A DNA stretch of 64,000 nucleotides from positions 537-64,536 of the forward strand of contig CAZAKR010000013.1 of the NCBI GenBank assembly GCA_964486105.1, given 5' to 3'. The position numbers and the translations under genes are program-made. Origin of the DNA: an uncultured Rhodospirillaceae bacterium (GTDB taxonomy: Bacteria > Pseudomonadota > Alphaproteobacteria > UBA11136). A model generated the notes under the pieces. That model was not told where the DNA came from. It did no database searches and saw only the letters and a list, made by a program, of their open reading frames with translations. Below, one piece after another: positions 59,979 through 64,000 of this stretch; within the stretch, counting starts at the first letter, position 1, and each line of letters opens with the position of its first letter.

Positions 59979-60031
59979 GGCCGTAGTTTATCCACGTCAT
60001 GTGCTGTATTTTATTTTTCTAGGAGGGCATC

Positions 60032-61033
60032 TTGAACGAAAATTCACCTGATAACAGTATGCCCTATCAGCTTTTTATTGACGTTGCTTACGCGTGTAAT
60101 CTGCGCTGCAAAATGTGTGACCTTTTTTCAGATGATTCGACAGCTTCATTCGCTATGCGAAATGATGGCGTTCCTCAGTTAATGGATTTCGAGGTTTTCA
60201 AGCAGATCGTTGATAAATCGCATGACATCATCACGACCTATAACACTCAGTTGCGTGGCGAGCCGTTTATCCACCCCCGATTCTGCGACATGCTGGCTTA
60301 CATACGCGAGAAAGCACCAGACGCAAAGATCTGCTTTAACACCAATGGTATGCTGTTGACGCCTGAGTTGATTGACCGCTGCCTGGAGATTGGGGTCGAT
60401 AATTTTTTCTTCTCCATTGATGCGGCTGATCCTGAAGTTTACGACATAATCCGTATCCGGTCTGATTTGGCTAGAGTCGAAAAAAACATCAAATATCTTC
60501 TGGATGCACGGGAAAACCCTTCGTTAAAGCATCGTCCCGAAGTTAATGTCTCATTCGTGTTGCAAGAGGATAACGAGCACGAAAAACATCAATTTCTGCA
60601 ACACTGGTTGGGCCGTGCAGATTCAATATGTTTTTATACCAAGATGGAGTTTGACGGTTCACGGCTGGATCGTTTTTTTGAGCCGGCTGGGCCGCGCAAG
60701 CCATGTGAATCGCTATACCACTCTATTGCGGTTCTTTCGGACGGTGCGGTTGTTCCGTGCTGTGGGGATTCAACCCCTCACGAGGTATTGGGGTATATTC
60801 AAGATGCTTCATTACGCGAGATTGCGGCCGGTGGACGGTACCAGGAAATGCGGCGTCTTCACGAAGCCGGTCAGGCCGGGGAAATATCCTTGTGCAAGGA
60901 CTGTGACACCTGGATCGCCTATGAAACAAAGCAGCTGGAACAAAAGATACGGCCCGAAGGCGCTCTGTTCAGACGGCCATGCACAATTACCCAGTCCCCA
61001 GTATCCGAAACCTGGACCTTAAAAGGGAAATAA
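60032..61033 (+). CDS. Radical SAM enzyme with a C-terminal SPASM/twitch-like Cys-rich domain
   Basis: The CxxxCxxC motif is ACNLRCKMC and the SAM motif is RGEPFIHP. C-terminal cysteines lie in PCESLYHS, VVPCCGDS and LCKDCDTW. Confidence 0.8.
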   Translation: MNENSPDNSMPYQLFIDVAYACNLRCKMCDLFSDDSTASFAMRNDGVPQLMDFEVFKQIVDKSHDIITTYNTQLRGEPFIHPRFCDMLAYIREKAPDAKICFNTNGMLLTPELIDRCLEIGVDNFFFSIDAADPEVYDIIRIRSDLARVEKNIKYLLDARENPSLKHRPEVNVSFVLQEDNEHEKHQFLQHWLGRADSICFYTKMEFDGSRLDRFFEPAGPRKPCESLYHSIAVLSDGAVVPCCGDSTPHEVLGYIQDASLREIAAGGRYQEMRRLHEAGQAGEISLCKDCDTWIAYETKQLEQKIRPEGALFRRPCTITQSPVSETWTLKGK

Positions 61034-61035
61034 AA

Positions 61036-62634
61036 GTGGACATCATCTTCTTTCAGCAGTCTCCATTACACACGGCAGTCGGATGGGGCGATGGTGGCTT
61101 GAAGCGTCTCGATGTAATGGTTGATCATTGGCGCTCGACTTCTGAAGTTATCGACACGATACAAGTGGTTGCTCTTGACGATGATTTTGAGAAGATAAAG
61201 CTTCACTTGGGAAGGCGATGCGAAGTGCTTCCGGCATCGGGAAATGATGCCCTGCCAGTGTGTGGTGACCGACTTGTCATCGTCACTGAGCCAAACTTTC
61301 ATGTGCCAGTCACGCTGTTGCGCCGGCTCAAGATATTCACAGAGAGAAATATTGGCCGAAAGGTTGTGAAGCTCAATTCACGCCATCGTGCTTCGACCGT
61401 GGGGCTTGACTGCCAAGTTTTTACCCGCGAATTGACCTCACTGCTCCGCGAAAAAGGTCGAACCGTACAGGGCGTAATGTACGGGGCATGGACGCAATCG
61501 GACCTAGTCTATGAAGAAACAATCTTTTCAACTAGTGAGGATGAAAGAGAAGCCTACAGGCAAAAGCTGGACATGACTATTTTCCCCAGCGAATTGGCGC
61601 TAGAGCCAACGACACATTGCAACCTCGCCTGCACGATGTGCACGTACCATTCGGACAAATACAAATCGCCCCGGGTCGGCTCTTATGTGCCCAAAGAAGA
61701 GTTCCGGCACATGGATGTCGAACTCTTTAAACGCCTCATCGACGAGGCAGCGGCGATGAATGTTACAAAGCTCTGCCCACAGTACCGGGGCGAGCCGTTT
61801 CTTCATCCGAGTTTTATGGAGATGCTCGAATACGCCATTTCTAAAGGCGTTACAAACATCGCCTTTCCAACCAATGGCACCTCTCTCAATGAAAAAAATG
61901 CCCGACGACTTGTCGATATGGGGCTGCATACCCTGCAATTCTCGATTGATGCCTTGTCCAAGGATGCCTACTTGGATATCCGGATAAACTCTGATTTCGA
62001 GCGGGTCCAAGAAAACCTGCGCAACATCATTGAGTATCGCGACAGCAAAGGGCTAACACACCCGGTCATCGGATTGACGTTCGTGGACTTACCCGAAAAC
62101 GTAAGCGAACGAGAAGATTACATTCGGCATTATAGTGGGCTTGTCGATTTTATCCGAACAAGTGTCGGCGTCAGTTACGCTGAACTCCATTCCGGGTTGC
62201 CGGGTGAGTATTTTGAATGTCCAGACGACTGGCGTCCGCCCTGTCGGCTCATTACCGAGCAAATTGCAGTTTCAAGCGATGGCATAGCCGGTCTGTGCCA
62301 TCCCGATTCAACAAAAAGTCACGTTATAGGCGACTTGAATAAACAGAGCCTTCAAGAGGTGTTCAACGGTCGGCGACTGCGAGATATCTGGGACGCGCAT
62401 CTGGAAAAATCATCTTCGGTTCCGCAAATTTGCGATAAGTGCCAGATTTGGAAGGCTGACATATTCCGTGACCTTCCCTCATTTGACCCCGACAATGTTT
62501 CTGTGACCGGTGGTCCCATGTGGGTTCAGTACTACAAATTAAAGCCACAACCCACCACGCCGACTGTATCCACTGGGCTGGTGTGGGAAACGGCACAAAG
62601 AATCATCAACAAGGCCAAGAGCCTAGTCTCCTAG
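61036..62634 (+). CDS. Second radical SAM/SPASM-like enzyme, a paralogue of the preceding gene with a ~200-aa N-terminal extension
   Basis: The CxxxCxxC motif is THCNLACTMC and the SAM motif is RGEPFLHP. C-terminal cysteines lie in CRLITEQ, GLCHPDS and ICDKCQIW. The probable GTG start at about 61036 has RBS AAAAGGGA; the listed ORF starts at 60979 and overlaps the upstream gene. Confidence 0.7.
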   Translation: MDIIFFQQSPLHTAVGWGDGGLKRLDVMVDHWRSTSEVIDTIQVVALDDDFEKIKLHLGRRCEVLPASGNDALPVCGDRLVIVTEPNFHVPVTLLRRLKIFTERNIGRKVVKLNSRHRASTVGLDCQVFTRELTSLLREKGRTVQGVMYGAWTQSDLVYEETIFSTSEDEREAYRQKLDMTIFPSELALEPTTHCNLACTMCTYHSDKYKSPRVGSYVPKEEFRHMDVELFKRLIDEAAAMNVTKLCPQYRGEPFLHPSFMEMLEYAISKGVTNIAFPTNGTSLNEKNARRLVDMGLHTLQFSIDALSKDAYLDIRINSDFERVQENLRNIIEYRDSKGLTHPVIGLTFVDLPENVSEREDYIRHYSGLVDFIRTSVGVSYAELHSGLPGEYFECPDDWRPPCRLITEQIAVSSDGIAGLCHPDSTKSHVIGDLNKQSLQEVFNGRRLRDIWDAHLEKSSSVPQICDKCQIWKADIFRDLPSFDPDNVSVTGGPMWVQYYKLKPQPTTPTVSTGLVWETAQRIINKAKSLVS

Positions 62635-62704
62635 GTGAACCGTGTGTTTTTACACTCGAAACCCAGGGAGAACATTTCCTTCAAGGTTTCTGCATATTTA
62701 GAGG

Positions 62705-63805
62705 ATGGGCAGCAGATTGGCTGACGGCACCCAATTTCAGATCGACACTGGTTCACCAGGCGCAGAAGAGTGGGATGATCTGGTCGCCAAATGTCCCTGG
62801 GGGTCGTTTTACCATGGCTATGACAACCTGAATATGATTAGGCACCTCTTAGGGGTGGAGCCGCGTTACCTTTTGCTGAGGGAGGGGGAACGGCTTATCG
62901 GTGGGCTGGCATGGTGCGAAAAAGAAGGCCCCGCGGGAACGGTGGCCAATGCGCTGCCTTTTTACGGTTCTTACGGTGAGGCTTTGGCGCTTCCCAACCT
63001 GCCGGACGATGCCATCATACTTCTGTACCAAACGTTCCTTGATGGTTGCCGCGACCGCGACGTGGTAGCGGCGACCATCATCACAAGCCCTTTTGCCGAA
63101 CGAGACCGTACCGAATGGCATATAGAAAGCCTTTCACCTGATATTATCGACAATCGGCTTTGCCAAATGACGTCGTTACCGGATTGTCGAGGATTGTGCC
63201 GCCCGGAGGCCGAGAAGCGGGTATTGAATGTTCTTCGTGGGTCCGCAAGGCGTGCCGTTCGCAAGGCCCGCAAGGAAGGCGTATCGGTTAGGCCAGCTGC
63301 TTCTCTTGATGAGGTTCGGATTGTTGCAAATCTTCATGCCGATAACATCGACGGAAAGGGAGGGCTGAGCAAACCCTTATCTTTCTTTAGATTCGCGTGG
63401 CAGCTTCAACAGGCTCCTACTTCACAAGCCGTTGTATTAGTCGCCGAATGGCATGGCAAAATCATCGGCGGTGTTGTGATGTTCGAGACCAATGACACTT
63501 TGGAGTATCATACGACTGGTATGGACATGGAGCACAGCAACACACGGCCCACCAATGCCATAGTTTTTGGGGCAATGGTTGACGGTTCCATCCGAGGGTT
63601 GCGCTACATAAACTTCGGCGGAACGTGGAAAACTCAAGAAGGCATCCACCGGTTCAAAGCATCGTTTGGTGCTGAAGATCGCGACTACCAATACCTGACC
63701 TGGCTTTTTGATCCCACACTTCTGCATCAAACAGCAGAACAACTGGCTGCGGATTACCCTGGCTTCTTCGTCGTTCCCTATTCTGCCTTGGACGGAACCA
63801 CTTAA
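62705..63805 (+). CDS. FemAB-like/GNAT-fold acyl- or aminoacyl-transferase (Acetyltransf_6/BioF2-like)
   Basis: The 366-aa protein has the pattern WDDLVAKCPWGSFYHGYDNL...TTGMDMEHSNTRPTNAIVFGAMV, reminiscent of FemAB-family proteins found in polysaccharide loci. Confidence 0.55.
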   Translation: MGSRLADGTQFQIDTGSPGAEEWDDLVAKCPWGSFYHGYDNLNMIRHLLGVEPRYLLLREGERLIGGLAWCEKEGPAGTVANALPFYGSYGEALALPNLPDDAIILLYQTFLDGCRDRDVVAATIITSPFAERDRTEWHIESLSPDIIDNRLCQMTSLPDCRGLCRPEAEKRVLNVLRGSARRAVRKARKEGVSVRPAASLDEVRIVANLHADNIDGKGGLSKPLSFFRFAWQLQQAPTSQAVVLVAEWHGKIIGGVVMFETNDTLEYHTTGMDMEHSNTRPTNAIVFGAMVDGSIRGLRYINFGGTWKTQEGIHRFKASFGAEDRDYQYLTWLFDPTLLHQTAEQLAADYPGFFVVPYSALDGTT

Positions 63806-63938
63806 GCCATGATGTTCCTTCCGCGATTGATGGGATTTAGTCGGTGGCATTGGATTGGATTCCCCGCTAGAAAGGGGGGGAATGCTTCTCTTTATTTGTG
63901 TCGTCGGAAAACCCGTAAATGACATGTAAGGTAACGCC

Positions 63939-64000
63939 ATGGGAAGGTTAATTTCCCGTATTCGGAAATTACTAACGGGCAATCTCGAACAACGTTTGCA
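63939..64000 (+). CDS. 5' end of a further ORF (MGRLISRIRKLLTGNLEQRL...) running off the window
   Basis: The ATG is preceded by GGTAACGCC. The ORF is only partial. Confidence 0.25.
   Translation, partial: MGRLISRIRKLLTGNLEQRL

Noticed and set aside
60979-61035. Listed start of the second radical SAM ORF overlapping the first by 55 nt
   Set aside because: A GTG at about 61036 with a good RBS sits 2 nt after the upstream stop. The overlap is an ORF-caller artefact.
63437-63982. 181-aa minus-strand ORF at the window end
   Set aside because: It is antisense to the FemAB-like gene and the downstream ORF start, and has no features.
42100-64000. Search for mobility genes (integrase, transposase, IS inverted repeats) in the accessory half
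   Set aside because: I recognised no such gene. Island status rests only on composition, gene decay and the tRNA junction, so no mobile_element feature is called.

Overview
This window is high-GC alphaproteobacterial chromosome, with Rhodospirillales-like gene content and order. From about 1 to 42,100 it is core genome, almost gap-free and mostly on the minus strand. It carries the rodA-mrdA-mreDCB cell-shape cluster, leuA, a solo ALS-like TPP enzyme, ilvI-ilvH-ilvC, miaA, degP, a DUF2065 gene, hflKC, apbC, thyX, a circularly permuted two-piece tmRNA immediately followed by sspB, class I fumarase and a PQQ dehydrogenase with a cupredoxin gene downstream. It continues with a GapR-like DUF2312 gene, a ybdK/formylglutamate-amidohydrolase pair, pyk, glcDEF, an unlisted rpmJ and tRNA-Val(GAC) with encoded CCA. 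Just past the tRNA-Val the sequence becomes visibly AT-richer and the content switches to accessory material. That region holds a string of gene remnants (a truncated lytic transglycosylase fused at a scar to a REC-HPt fragment, a GT2 fragment and a hydrolase fragment) and a 1047-aa divergent PEPC-family protein with altered catalytic motifs. It is followed by an ABC-transporter-dependent polysaccharide (O-antigen-like) locus: Wzy_C ligase-family protein, fused GT2-GT4, WbpB/WbpD/WbpE homologues for a UDP-2,3-diacetamido uronic acid, an SDR epimerase, AsnB-like amidotransferase, Wzm and Wzt with a C-terminal glycan-binding domain. Its tail is an unusual module: a methyltransferase, two paralogous radical SAM/SPASM proteins and a FemAB-like acyltransferase. 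I saw no transposase, integrase or CRISPR array. All coordinates I derived by hand may be off by 1-2 nt.
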